From positions 31,562 through 95,561 of the forward strand of contig DASSDL010000080.1 of assembly GCA_035697145.1 (NCBI GenBank): a stretch of DNA of 64,000 bases. Reading direction: 5' to 3'. The stretch's first letter is position 1. Each line of letters starts with the position of its first letter. The position numbers and the translations under genes were made by a program. Source of the stretch: Acidimicrobiales bacterium (GTDB lineage: Bacteria; Actinomycetota; Acidimicrobiia; Acidimicrobiales; VFJN01). The notes under the pieces are model-generated. The model made no database searches and was not told where the DNA came from. It worked only from the letters and a program-made list of their open reading frames with translations. Of the stretch, positions 8,712 through 18,217 are shown piece by piece.

Positions 8712-9437
8712 GTAGCTCAACTGCTCGTCCCAGTCGAACGGGCGACCCTCCCGGGTGAAGTCGAAAAGGTTCCACAGCGGTTCGAGGGTGCCGACGTGGC
8801 GGGGATCCTGGCCTGGCTCCGTCGGGGCATAGAGGAGCTCCGATCCCCACGAATGGCGGATGGTCTCGCCGTCGCGGTGGAACACGTTCAGCATCGGCCG
8901 CTGGTCGCCCGCCGGCGTCTCGGCGTGGTAGTCACGGTTGTAGGTGTTCCCGGCCGAGGACAGCAGCCGCAACCGTCGCCAGCCACGCTCCTCGGCGAAC
9001 GTGAGGAGCCGCGGGAGCGGGGTCTTCGCCACCACCGCCAGGTTGAGCCGCTGGGAGGCGTGCTCGGCGGCGCCGTCGAGCTGGTCCACCAGGGCCGTGC
9101 AGGACGGGCACGGTCCCTCGAGAATAGGTAGGAGCGCAGTCTTGCCCCCGCTCGGCCCCGGCCGGTCGTCGCTCGGGTCGCGGGGAAACATGGCGCTGTA
9201 GATCACCAGCGAGTCCCTGCCCGGCGCAAAGAGATCGGACAACCGAACATCGGTGGGCGCGCCGCTCGGGCCCGCGCCCTTGAAGACGTAGTCCTCCGGG
9301 ACGGCGCCGCCGGGCGGCAGCCGCCGGCGTGCTGCGGCCACCCGCTCCATGGCGCGGCGCAGCTCGATCTCCTCGTCGAGCAGCCGGGACCGCGCCGTTC
9401 GATACTCGGCCGATTCGCCCGGGAACGTGATGCTCAT
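8706..9437 (-). CDS. DUF899 (thioredoxin-like) domain protein
   Basis: MSITFPGESAEYRTARSRLLDEEIELRR...CPSCTALVDQLDGAAEHASQRLNLAVVAK...MLNVFHRDGETIRHSWGSEL, the family pattern as I recall it. Confidence 0.85.
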   Translation of the reverse strand: MSITFPGESAEYRTARSRLLDEEIELRRAMERVAAARRRLPPGGAVPEDYVFKGAGPSGAPTDVRLSDLFAPGRDSLVIYSAMFPRDPSDDRPGPSGGKTALLPILEGPCPSCTALVDQLDGAAEHASQRLNLAVVAKTPLPRLLTFAEERGWRRLRLLSSAGNTYNRDYHAETPAGDQRPMLNVFHRDGETIRHSWGSELLYAPTEPGQDPRHVGTLEPLWNLFDFTREGRPFDWDEQLSYS

Positions 9438-9491
9438 GGCTCGTCTCCTAACGCGGTCCTCGGGGTATAGGACCGCCCGGGGACCTCGGAT

Positions 9492-10613
9492 TCATCGCGC
9501 AACGAACCGGACGTCGTGGCCGCCGGCATCGGGCGCGAGAAGGCGCATCAGCCTCCGCCCCTCGGTGGCCACGGCGGACCGTGCCCGCTGGTTCAGCCGC
9601 ACCGCGTGGTCGACGACGATGGCGGCGGCCCCGCCGTCGCGGTCGTGCTCCAGCCGCCAGGTGCCGCACCCGAAGCCGTCGTGGAGCACCGACCCGCTGA
9701 CCCGTCGATCGGCACCGAACAGGCGGGCACGGACTCGGTCGTCGGGCGGGAAGAAGCGGCTGCGGTCGTCGTGCGAGAGCAACACGTTGTCGTACTCGGG
9801 CAGGAACCGTGGTGGCGCCGGTGTGTCCGGGTCGGGTCGAGGCGCATCCTGGACGTCGAACAGCTCCCGGCCCCGCTCGTCACGGAACGGCCGAAGACGC
9901 GGTCGCAACCGGTCCACGACCTCCCTCAGCCCGGTCAGGCGCGACCACGTCGCCACGTCGGCCACGGCCGCCGGGCCGAACGCGGCGAAGTAGCGCATAA
10001 TCACCTCGTCGATCGGCGGGTCGCTCGCAAGCGGACGGCCCAACCACGACTCGACGGTGGTCACCTTCACCTGGCCGCTGCGGCCCCACACCCCCCGGGG
10101 TGGAGCCTGGACGAGGCCGAGCTTGCACCGGCAGGCATAGGCCAGGGCAGCGGCATCCAGCTCGGGAAACCTCTCGGCCAGCGCGGCGCGCAGCTCGGTG
10201 TTGCTCAGCGGCTGCTCGGCCAGGACCTGGCGGGCGAAGTCCAGGACCGGGTCGAGGTCGACGCCCCGCAGCGGTGGCCCGTGGTCGCGGTGCCTGGTCA
10301 GCTCCGCATCGAGCACGGGCTGGGCGAGGGACCGCAGCACCAGGCAGTCGACGGCGGTGACGAGGTGGATGGTGGCACGCATGACGACGATCCGGACCGC
10401 TCGGCGGTCGAGCATCGCTTGCGACAGATCGTCGGGTCGGAACCCGTCCAGGCGGGACCAGAGGGCGTGGTAGGGGTTGAGGGGCACCTGCGCTTGGAGC
10501 CCGACCAGATGCTCGACCGCGTCCAGGGCGGGCAGGGCGGTTCGCTCGAGCAGCAGTTGGCGTGCGAGCGTGGCGCGGTTGAGCGCGCGTCGGGTCAGGA
10601 CGTCCGCGGTCAT
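9492..10613 (-). CDS. winged-helix DNA-binding protein of the YcaQ/AlkZ (crosslink-repair glycosylase-like) family
   Basis: N-terminus LTRRALNRATLARQLLLER...AVEHLVGLQAQVPLNPYHALWSRLDGF..., typical of this family. Confidence 0.8.
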   Translation of the reverse strand: MTADVLTRRALNRATLARQLLLERTALPALDAVEHLVGLQAQVPLNPYHALWSRLDGFRPDDLSQAMLDRRAVRIVVMRATIHLVTAVDCLVLRSLAQPVLDAELTRHRDHGPPLRGVDLDPVLDFARQVLAEQPLSNTELRAALAERFPELDAAALAYACRCKLGLVQAPPRGVWGRSGQVKVTTVESWLGRPLASDPPIDEVIMRYFAAFGPAAVADVATWSRLTGLREVVDRLRPRLRPFRDERGRELFDVQDAPRPDPDTPAPPRFLPEYDNVLLSHDDRSRFFPPDDRVRARLFGADRRVSGSVLHDGFGCGTWRLEHDRDGGAAAIVVDHAVRLNQRARSAVATEGRRLMRLLAPDAGGHDVRFVAR

Positions 10614-10634
10614 GGCGGCGAGTTTGACGCGTGT

Positions 10635-11537
10635 CTAGGGTCGGCCGCCTGCCAGGTCGTGCGGCCCGAACGGCAGGTAGCCACCGGCCTGGCGCACGGC
10701 GGCGCTCCACGGTTCGACGATCCCGACCAGCTCGTCGAGGCCGGGGCCCAGCGCCTCGATCGCCGGCCGCATGTGGCGGTCGGTGGCGACCTCGACCGCC
10801 TCGCGCTCGACACGCCCGGGTTCGGAGAATCCGTCCCCGTCGAGCAGCCCGCGGCTGCGCAGGCGCACCATGGCCTCGTCGAGCTCCACCGACGACCAGG
10901 CCCGGCTGCGGATGTAGCTGCGCAGCGGCAGTCCCCAGTACAGCTCGGTGAGCAGGCCGATCTCCACGGCGTCGAACCCGGCGGTGGTCCACGCTGCCGT
11001 GTGCGCGTCGCCGCGGAACTCCCGCAGCAGATCGGCGAGCCGCCAGGCGTCGCCGAGGGGGTCGCCGGGGAGCCCCAACGAGCGCAGCCCGGCATACAAG
11101 GGTCGGCCCTCCACCCGGAGTGGATCGGTGGCGCGCGCCAGCAGCGCAGTCACCTGCGCCAGGCTCGCCGGCGACTCGCCGAGGATGCGCGCCAGCTGGG
11201 CGGTGGCGCCCCGGGTCCGCGCCGTGGCGATGGTGGCGGCGTCGGTCAGCTCCCACCCGTGCGCTACCGCCGGCACCACGACCGCCGGATTGAACACGGC
11301 GAAGGCGGCGGCCACCAGTTCGCCCGGGACCTGCCCGAGCGCCGAGCCGCGGCTGCAGAAGTAGGCGGGTCCGTCGGGCAGCTGCACGCCGTCGGCGACG
11401 GTGCCCGGGCTCGGGCCGAACCCCAGCGCCACGTATTCCCCGTGGCACTCGGGCGAGAAGTACACCTGCCCGACGAACGGCTCGATCGTCGCCGCCAGCC
11501 GTCGGGCCCGGCGCGACAGGGTCTGGTCGTCGATCAC
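10635..11537 (-). CDS. conserved actinobacterial hypothetical protein (resembles what I recall as the SCO6745 family)
   Basis: 300-aa ORF with coding-type composition: ARRLAATIEPFVGQVYFSPECHGEYVALGF...FCSRGSALGQVPGELVAAAFAVFNP. Confidence 0.65.
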   Translation of the reverse strand: MIDDQTLSRRARRLAATIEPFVGQVYFSPECHGEYVALGFGPSPGTVADGVQLPDGPAYFCSRGSALGQVPGELVAAAFAVFNPAVVVPAVAHGWELTDAATIATARTRGATAQLARILGESPASLAQVTALLARATDPLRVEGRPLYAGLRSLGLPGDPLGDAWRLADLLREFRGDAHTAAWTTAGFDAVEIGLLTELYWGLPLRSYIRSRAWSSVELDEAMVRLRSRGLLDGDGFSEPGRVEREAVEVATDRHMRPAIEALGPGLDELVGIVEPWSAAVRQAGGYLPFGPHDLAGGRP

Positions 11538-11559
11538 CGATGCGCCTCCATCGAACCCG

Positions 11560-12600
11560 TCAGGGAACCACCAGGATCTTGCAGTGCCGCTCGGGATCGG
11601 CCAGTGCGCGGAAGGCTTCGGGCGCGGCGTCGAGCCCCACCTCGCTGGTGATCAGCGGGGCGACGTCGATCTCGCCTTCGGCGATCGAGCGGAGGCTGGC
11701 CTCGAACTCCGCGGGGTCGTACCCCAGCACGAACTGCAGGCTCAGCTCCTTGGCGATCCCGCAGAAGGGCGTGACCGTGTCGGGCTGCATGCACACACCC
11801 ACCACCACGATGCGGCTCTGCGCCGGCGCCCGGCGCAACGCGTCGTCGATGATGCCGGGCACCCCGATCGCCTCGAACACGACGGGTGCCTGGCCCCGTC
11901 CGGCCCGCGTCCAGGCGTCGAAGGCGGGTTCGTCCACCGGATCCACGGCCTCGTGGGCGCCTATGACCGTGGCCAGCGCCCTGCGGGCCGGGGACAGGTC
12001 GGCGGCCACGATCGGCTCCACCGCCCGCAGCCCGAGTGCTGCGATCACGGCCAGGCCCACCGGGCCGCAGCCCAGCACGACCGCGCCGTCGCCGGGGCCG
12101 ATCCCCGAGCGGTTGACGGCGTGGAGGCCGACCGCCATCGGCTCGGCCAAGGCCGCATGGCGCGGATCCAGCCCGTTGGGCACGACCTGCACGAACGGCG
12201 CCGACAGCAGGATGCGCTCGCCGTAGCCGGCCGGGAGGTCGTTGCTGTACACGATGTCTCGCAGGCCCGTCGGCGTGAGCATGATCGGGACGGAGGTGAC
12301 GATCGTCCCCGGCGGGGGCCCGACCGTGTCGGGACCGACCTCCAGCACTTCGGCGGCGAACTCGTGGCCCATGAACACGTCCCGACCCAGGTCGAGCGGT
12401 GGTGCCCCGAAGTCGGGTAGCCCCTCCATGTCGGCCATCAGGCCCAGCATGGTGGCTGCGTGCTGGACGAAGTGCAGGTCCGAGCCGCAGATCCCACAGG
12501 CCCTGACCTGTGCCAGGACCTGTCCGAAGCCCGGCTGGGGATCCGGCGCGTCGTCCCGAACGATCAGTTGGGATGCTCCGCGCAGCACCAGCGCCCGCAT
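11560..12600 (-). CDS. zinc-dependent alcohol dehydrogenase (MDR family)
   Basis: MRALVLRG...VRACGICGSDLHFVQH (catalytic Zn motif) and a GxGxxG-like VVLGCGPVGLAVI. Confidence 0.9.
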   Translation of the reverse strand: MRALVLRGASQLIVRDDAPDPQPGFGQVLAQVRACGICGSDLHFVQHAATMLGLMADMEGLPDFGAPPLDLGRDVFMGHEFAAEVLEVGPDTVGPPPGTIVTSVPIMLTPTGLRDIVYSNDLPAGYGERILLSAPFVQVVPNGLDPRHAALAEPMAVGLHAVNRSGIGPGDGAVVLGCGPVGLAVIAALGLRAVEPIVAADLSPARRALATVIGAHEAVDPVDEPAFDAWTRAGRGQAPVVFEAIGVPGIIDDALRRAPAQSRIVVVGVCMQPDTVTPFCGIAKELSLQFVLGYDPAEFEASLRSIAEGEIDVAPLITSEVGLDAAPEAFRALADPERHCKILVVP

Positions 12601-13835
12601 CAGCCCACCTTCGCCTCACCATCGCCGCCTGCGGGCGCGCCCTTGGCCTGCGCCTCGTCCACGTGGGCCGTGATGGCGTTGAGGATGGCCTGGCCGGCGG
12701 CACCGAACAGATCGCCCCGCTTCTCCACCGCCCACTCGTGCGACGCCCGAGGCGCGGCGAGCTGCCCGGTGAAGTGAGGAACGACCTCGCGGGCGAACAG
12801 GCGGTAGGAGCGCATGGTCGCCTCTGGGTCGGCCCAGTCATGGCCCAGCAACAGGAACGTGCCGAACCCGCCCGACTGCTCCAGCAAGCCCTCGATGTAG
12901 GCGATGGCATCGTCCGGGGTGCCGATGACGACGTTGCCGGACTCGGCGTAGGTTTCGACGAACGCCCGCGGCGTGCGGGGCTTGCCGTCGACCTGGTTGG
13001 CCAACGGCACGAACCCTGCGCCACCCCCGAAGTAGTCGGCGAAGTCGGCCAGGCCGTGGGTGCAGTCCTCGATGGCCTGGTCTCGGGTCTCGGCGAGGTG
13101 CACGGCTCCCAGGACTCGCCAGCTCCGACGATCGGGCTCGGGGCGGCCGGCAGCACGCGCCTGTTCCTGCACCACACCCCAGGCCTGGCCGATGGCGGCG
13201 AAGCCCTCGAGCAGGGTCATCGACAGCGACAGCAGTGACACGCCGTAGGTGCCGGCCAGCCGCGGGCCGGAGGGCGAAACCATGGCCGCGACGGCCACCT
13301 CGAAATGGGGCTGGGTGTAGGGGCGCACCTGGAGCCGGCAGTCGCGCATCGTGAACCAGTCGGTCTGGCGCGTGACCGGCTCGTCGGCCCGCAGCAGGGC
13401 CAGGATCGCCTCGAGCGACTCCTCCATCATCCGCCGCTGGTCCACCGGGTCGATGCCCAGCATGAAGGCGTCGCTGGGCAGCGCCCCCGGTCCGGCGCCG
13501 AAGATGACGCGACCCTTGGTGAGGTGGTCGAGCAGCACCAGCCGGTCGGCGACCAACCACGGATGGTGGTACGGGAGCGATACCACGCCGGTCCCGAGCA
13601 TAACGTGGCGTGTGCGCTCGGCGGCGGCCGCAATGAACACCTCGGGGCAGGCGATGATCTCGTAGCCCCCCGAGTGGTGCTCGCCGAACCAGACCTCGTC
13701 GTAGCCGAGGCGGTCGAGCGCGACCACGCGGTCGAGGTCGTACTCCAGCGCCAGGGTCGGGTTCTGCCCGACCGGGTGGAACGGGGCGAAGAACGCGCCG
13801 AAGCGCAACGGCCAGGGCGCGGGCACGGCGCTCAC
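12600..13835 (-). CDS. LLM-class flavin-dependent oxidoreductase
   Basis: LRFGAFFAPFHPVGQNPTLALEYDLDRVVALDRLGYDEVWFGEHHSGGYE... I chose the in-frame GTG at 13835. The longest track ORF starts at 13898. The stop overlaps the ADH start by 1 nt. Confidence 0.85.
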   Translation of the reverse strand: MSAVPAPWPLRFGAFFAPFHPVGQNPTLALEYDLDRVVALDRLGYDEVWFGEHHSGGYEIIACPEVFIAAAAERTRHVMLGTGVVSLPYHHPWLVADRLVLLDHLTKGRVIFGAGPGALPSDAFMLGIDPVDQRRMMEESLEAILALLRADEPVTRQTDWFTMRDCRLQVRPYTQPHFEVAVAAMVSPSGPRLAGTYGVSLLSLSMTLLEGFAAIGQAWGVVQEQARAAGRPEPDRRSWRVLGAVHLAETRDQAIEDCTHGLADFADYFGGGAGFVPLANQVDGKPRTPRAFVETYAESGNVVIGTPDDAIAYIEGLLEQSGGFGTFLLLGHDWADPEATMRSYRLFAREVVPHFTGQLAAPRASHEWAVEKRGDLFGAAGQAILNAITAHVDEAQAKGAPAGGDGEAKVG

Positions 13836-13902
13836 CGCCCCCGCGTACGAACATCGGAACGGATCACTGCCTGTCGACCTCCCCCTGTGGCCTGGCACGT
13901 GG

Positions 13903-13967
13903 TAACGGCCGTTATCGGCAACCTAGCCTGCGGGGGGAGATGTCACCGATTCGGGGTCCGGACCCCG
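13903..13967. promoter_or_regulatory. two perfect palindromes in the divergent LLM/SNF2 intergenic region
   Basis: TAACGGCCGTTA (13903-13914) and CGGGGTCCGGACCCCG (13952-13967). Coordinates were cross-checked against a track ORF translation. Confidence 0.3.
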
Positions 13968-14034
13968 TAGACTGACTGAAGCCATCCCCCTGGGTAGATG
14001 GCGGACACCTGGCCGTGCGGCGCCGTACGTCGAC

Positions 14035-17000
14035 ATGGGCCAGCAGACGATGGAGACCCAACTGGACCAAACCAGCTTCGAGGCGCTCGTCGCGTCCGAG
14101 GTCGACGGGCAGATCGCGGCAGACGACCTGTCGGCGCTCGCAGCGCAGCCGCAGCGCTGGGCCGCGACCTTGCACCACATGCTCGAGGAGATCGAGGACA
14201 CGCTGGAGGCAGTGGCGCGCTCGGACCGCTACGAGCGCGACCAGGCACTCGCCGACCTGTCCGACGAGCGCGCCGCTGTCGCGGCTGCACTGCGGCGGGT
14301 GACGGGGGAGGACGTGGATCTTCCCGACCCCACCACCTTGGGCGATGGTGACGACGCGCCCATGGCCACGTCGGGCGAGCCGAAGGCCGAGCTGGTGCAG
14401 GCCCCGGCGCTGCAGGCGTCGTGGGCGCCCGGCGAGGTGGTGCTGTGGGCCGGCAATCCGTCGGCCATGTCCGCCAGCGGCGAGGACCTGCAGCGGCTGA
14501 TCGACGAGGCTGGCGGCTCGGCCATCGAGTGGGAGAAGCACAAGGGCACCCCGCTGCCCTCCGGGGATCGGGCGCCGGCCGTCTCCGCCCCGCTCACCGC
14601 GGCCCTCGGCTGGCTCGTCGGTGTGGGAGCCGGGCAGCTAGCCCTGGATGCCGGGGCCAGCGTGCGTTGGCTCGGCGAGGTGGCGGCCTGGGCCACCGAC
14701 CTGGTGGCGCAGGGTCGCATGGTGCCTACCCTTCGCCGCGGGGGATCCGCCACCGGCCGCGGCCGCCAGCGCAGCGGCTCCTACGTCGTCCAATGGATCG
14801 CTGCCGTCGTCGAACGGCAGCGCATCCGCGAGCTGTCGGTCCGGATGCCCGGCCCAGTTCGGGCCTTCGACCCGTCCACCGGGCCCGAGCGGCTCTGCCG
14901 CACCGTGCTGAACGCCGCGGTCGACGCCGTGTGCCGCGCGGGGGCGGCCCGGCTGGTCACGGCCGCGACCCCGCCGGTGGCGCGTAGCCGCCGCGACGTG
15001 GCCGAGGCCGTGCTGGCGGGGCTGGCAGGCGAGGCGTTCGCTGCCGCCCACGGCCCCGCCACCGAGGTGGCCGACGACCTCCGCCGGTGGGCGGCGCCGG
15101 TGGTGGGGGACGGCGACGTCGGGCTGATCGTGCGGCTCGACCCCCCCGAGGCCGACGGGGGTTGGCTCCTGACCGTGGACGCCACCGGGCTGGAACGCCA
15201 GCCGCTCCCGGTCGAGCAGGCGGTGACGGCGTCCGGCGCCAAGGCCCAACGGGTCGAGGCCCAGCTGCGCCGCCTGGAGCGGCTCCTCCCCGCGCTCGGT
15301 CGCACTGGGCGACGTGGTCACGTCGTCCTCGGGGTCGACGAGGCCTGGGAGCTCATGACCCGCACCGGGCGGGTCATGCAGTCGGTCGGCTTCGACGTGC
15401 GGGTGCCCACCGCGTCGTGGACCCGGCCGTCGCCCCGCCTGCGGCTCGAGGCCGCGGGACCCGCCGGACCCGCCCGGGTGGGGCCCAACCAGCTGTCCAA
15501 GGTCCGCTGGTCGGTGTTGTTCGACGACCTCGAGCTCGATGCCGCCGCCATCGCCCGCCTCACTGCCCAGGCGCGGCCGCTCGTCCGCGCCAAGGGGCGC
15601 TGGGTCGAGCTCGACCACGCCGACCTCGAGGCGGCCGCCAAGGCATTGGCCGAACAGGGCGGGTCCACAGAGCTCGCCGGTGCCGCCATCCTGCGCCACG
15701 CCGTCGGCTTGGAGGAGTGCGCCCTCGCCGGGCCGGCGATGGTGGCCGGCAGCGGTTGGGCCGTCGAGCTGGTGCGGGGTGCCAGCGACGAGCCGCCGGC
15801 GCCGCTCGGTCCGCCCGACGGCTTCGTCGGCAAGCTGCGGAGCTACCAGGCCGAGGCCCGGGGCTGGCTGGCGTTCCTCGATCGGGTGGGGCTCGGTGGC
15901 TGCCTGGCCATGGACATGGGCCTCGGCAAGACCCCGACGATGCTGGCGCACCTGCTGGACACGCGCGGGCAGGGCCCGGTGCTGGTGATCGCCCCGCCCG
16001 CGGTGCTGGGCAACTGGGCGGCCGAGGCCAAGCGGTTCACCCCCGACCTGCGGGTCCAGGTCCACCACGGCGCCGCCCGCGCCGAGGCCGACGAGGTCGC
16101 CGCGGTGGCCGACGACGCCGACGTGGTGCTCACCACGTACGGCACGGCCGTGCGTGACGTCGACGCGCTGGCCACCATCGACTGGCACCGGGTCGTGCTC
16201 GACGAGGCCCAGGCGATCAAGAATCCCGCCAGCGAGGCGGCGCGCGAGCTACGGCGCATTCCAGCCCGGTCACGCCTGGCGCTGACGGGCACTCCGATCG
16301 AGAACGGGCTCGGCGACCTGTGGTCGATCCTCGACTACACCAATCCGGGCCTCGTGGGCCCCCGCCCGGCCTTCATCCAACAACTGTCGACGCCGCGCAA
16401 CGGTTCCGACGCCCCCGGCGAGGCGGCACTGCGGGCCCTGAACGGCCTGCTGGTCTTCCGGCGCACCAAGGCCGAGCCCGAGATCGCCGCCGAGCTGCCC
16501 GACAAGATCGACGAGCTCGACCACTGCGGCATGACCGCCGAGCAGATCGGCCTCTACCAGGCCGTGCTCGACAACCTGCTGGGCGTCAACGTCGGTACCG
16601 AGGACCGCCGATCCCGCACCGGCCAGGTGCTCGCCGCCATCACCGCCCTCAAGCAGATCTGCGACCATCCGGCCGCGTACCTCGACGACGACGAGGGACC
16701 GCTCGAGGGCCGGTCGGGCAAGCTCGCCCGGCTCGACGAGCTCGTCGACAACGTGTTCGCCGCCGGGGAACGCGTGCTGGTGTTCAGCCACTTCGCCCGC
16801 TGGGGGGAGCGCTTGGCCGAGCACCTGACCAAGCGGACCGGTGTCCCCGTGGCCTGCTACCACGGTGGCCTGACCCGGGGCACCCGCGACCGCCTGGTGC
16901 GCGAGTTCCAGGAGGGCACGGGGCCGGGAGCCCTGGTGCTGTCGATCAAGGCCGGAGGGTCGGGGCTCAACCTCACCGCCGCCAACCACGTCGTGCTGTA

Positions 17001-17313
17001 CGACCGCTGGTGGAACCCGGCGGTCGAGGACCAGGCTCGCGACCGAGCCTGGCGCATCGGCCAGGCCAACACGGTCATCAGTCACCGGCTCGTGTGCCCC
17101 GGCACTGTGGACGAGCAGGTGGAGGAGGTCGTGGCGGGCAAGCGCCGCATCGCCGACCTGGTGCTCCCGGCCAGCAGCTCGGTCGGCGACCTCACGCCCG
17201 ACCAGCTGCGTCAGGCGCTGGGCCTGCGTTCGGAGGCGCTGGTGGACGAGACCACCGCCGACACGCTCGCCCACGACCAGGCCGACAAGCCCGACAAGGA
17301 GGCGGCGGCGTGA
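14035..17313 (+). CDS. SNF2/RapA-HelZ-like DEAD/DEAH-box helicase with a long N-terminal SNF2-associated region
   Basis: Motif I LAMDMGLGKT, motif II VLDEAQAIKN, then LALTGTPIENGLGDLWS, and motif VI DRWWNPAVEDQARDRAWRIGQ. Confidence 0.95.
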   Translation: MGQQTMETQLDQTSFEALVASEVDGQIAADDLSALAAQPQRWAATLHHMLEEIEDTLEAVARSDRYERDQALADLSDERAAVAAALRRVTGEDVDLPDPTTLGDGDDAPMATSGEPKAELVQAPALQASWAPGEVVLWAGNPSAMSASGEDLQRLIDEAGGSAIEWEKHKGTPLPSGDRAPAVSAPLTAALGWLVGVGAGQLALDAGASVRWLGEVAAWATDLVAQGRMVPTLRRGGSATGRGRQRSGSYVVQWIAAVVERQRIRELSVRMPGPVRAFDPSTGPERLCRTVLNAAVDAVCRAGAARLVTAATPPVARSRRDVAEAVLAGLAGEAFAAAHGPATEVADDLRRWAAPVVGDGDVGLIVRLDPPEADGGWLLTVDATGLERQPLPVEQAVTASGAKAQRVEAQLRRLERLLPALGRTGRRGHVVLGVDEAWELMTRTGRVMQSVGFDVRVPTASWTRPSPRLRLEAAGPAGPARVGPNQLSKVRWSVLFDDLELDAAAIARLTAQARPLVRAKGRWVELDHADLEAAAKALAEQGGSTELAGAAILRHAVGLEECALAGPAMVAGSGWAVELVRGASDEPPAPLGPPDGFVGKLRSYQAEARGWLAFLDRVGLGGCLAMDMGLGKTPTMLAHLLDTRGQGPVLVIAPPAVLGNWAAEAKRFTPDLRVQVHHGAARAEADEVAAVADDADVVLTTYGTAVRDVDALATIDWHRVVLDEAQAIKNPASEAARELRRIPARSRLALTGTPIENGLGDLWSILDYTNPGLVGPRPAFIQQLSTPRNGSDAPGEAALRALNGLLVFRRTKAEPEIAAELPDKIDELDHCGMTAEQIGLYQAVLDNLLGVNVGTEDRRSRTGQVLAAITALKQICDHPAAYLDDDEGPLEGRSGKLARLDELVDNVFAAGERVLVFSHFARWGERLAEHLTKRTGVPVACYHGGLTRGTRDRLVREFQEGTGPGALVLSIKAGGSGLNLTAANHVVLYDRWWNPAVEDQARDRAWRIGQANTVISHRLVCPGTVDEQVEEVVAGKRRIADLVLPASSSVGDLTPDQLRQALGLRSEALVDETTADTLAHDQADKPDKEAAA

Positions 17314-17401
17314 GCGAACACGACGTGCGAGCGGACCATAGGCACAGTGCCCCATTCCTACGAAACGGTCATTTGCTCGTCGGCATGCCGGAGGTACTCC
17401 A

Positions 17402-17677
17402 ATGAGCACCCGTCGCCGGCGCCGCTCCCAGAACCCGCCCTCCAAGGCGCAAGCCTTCTGGGCCGACAACGGCTACCAGCCGTCCCCGAGCCCGCAGATC
17501 CGGCCTACGTCCGATCCCGGCGCGCTGCCGCGCTCCCTCGGCGACCCACCGTTGGCGCCGGCCGTGTCGCAACACCACCTCGATGCGGTGTACGAGGAGG
17601 CAGTTCGGGCCGCGATTGCACTGGCGGCGGCCAACGGGCTGGTCGCCGCGGACGCCGACGACGGCGACGAGGGCTGA
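17402..17677 (+). CDS. hypothetical 91-aa protein (uncertain gene)
   Basis: ATG preceded by GGAGG about 8 nt upstream. Pro/Ala-rich, no Cys, no motif I recognise. Confidence 0.3.
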   Translation: MSTRRRRRSQNPPSKAQAFWADNGYQPSPSPQIRPTSDPGALPRSLGDPPLAPAVSQHHLDAVYEEAVRAAIALAAANGLVAADADDGDEG

Positions 17678-17797
17678 ACCTACTGCTTTCGTGCCTTGGA
17701 ATAGCTCTACCCCGGTTGTCGCCCAGCCGTCCCCGCATGCCAACCTTGTTCCGACGGCGTCCGCCCGCTGGGCCGGTGACGCGGGGAGGGATATTTG

Positions 17798-18217
17798 GTG
17801 AGCGATCAGATCCCATTTGTGGACTACCTGGTGTTGGGCGACGATCCGCATCTGGTGGCTCGCGAGTGCACGGCGTGCGGGGCGCGGTTCTTTGATCGTC
17901 GTAATGCGTGTGCGGGTTGTGGGGGGACCGAGTTCGCGACCGTCTGGGTGGCGACCGAGGGGGTGGTGCGGGCCTTCACGATCGTGTCCTTGGCGGCGCC
18001 GGGGGTTCCGGTGCCGTTCGTCGCGTCGGTGGTGGACTGCGACGGGACGAGTGTGCGAGGCAACGTGGTGCATGTCGAGCCGAGCCCCGAGTACGTGAAG
18101 CTGGGCATGAAGGTCCGGTTGGTGACGGTGCCGGTGGGCACCGACAGCAGTGGCACCGAGGCGGTCGGGTTCGGGTTCGAGCCGGTCGATGCGCCGAGCG
18201 TGAGGGAGGAGCGGTGA
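17798..18217 (+). CDS. Zn-ribbon/OB-fold protein (DUF35 family)
   Basis: CTACGARFFDRRNACAGCGG zinc ribbon followed by an OB-fold segment. GTG at 17798 lies behind GGGGAGGG. The stop overlaps the thiolase ATG. Confidence 0.85.
   Translation: MSDQIPFVDYLVLGDDPHLVARECTACGARFFDRRNACAGCGGTEFATVWVATEGVVRAFTIVSLAAPGVPVPFVASVVDCDGTSVRGNVVHVEPSPEYVKLGMKVRLVTVPVGTDSSGTEAVGFGFEPVDAPSVREER

Noticed and set aside
9516-11651. 711-aa plus-strand ORF, plus the 522-aa minus-strand ORF 9880..11448
   Set aside because: Both overlap the YcaQ-like and SCO6745-like genes in other frames. Their sequences are Arg/Pro/Gly-rich and low-complexity. The annotated frames carry the recognisable family sequence.
14638-16188. 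516-aa minus-strand ORF, plus several 150-360-aa ORFs, inside the SNF2 helicase gene
   Set aside because: The helicase frame carries all the SF2 motifs. The alternative frames are Arg/Gly/Pro-rich antisense or shifted frames.
14035-17313. SNF2 helicase considered as the core of a defence system (DISARM/BREX/Zorya-like)
   Set aside because: No methyltransferase, PLD nuclease, DUF1998 or other defence partners are adjacent. The architecture and N-terminal region match the housekeeping actinobacterial HelZ-type helicase.
17310-17405. 32-codon ORF starting at a GTG that overlaps the SNF2 stop (GTGA)
   Set aside because: It is very short, with no SD sequence and no recognisable sequence. It is probably fortuitous.
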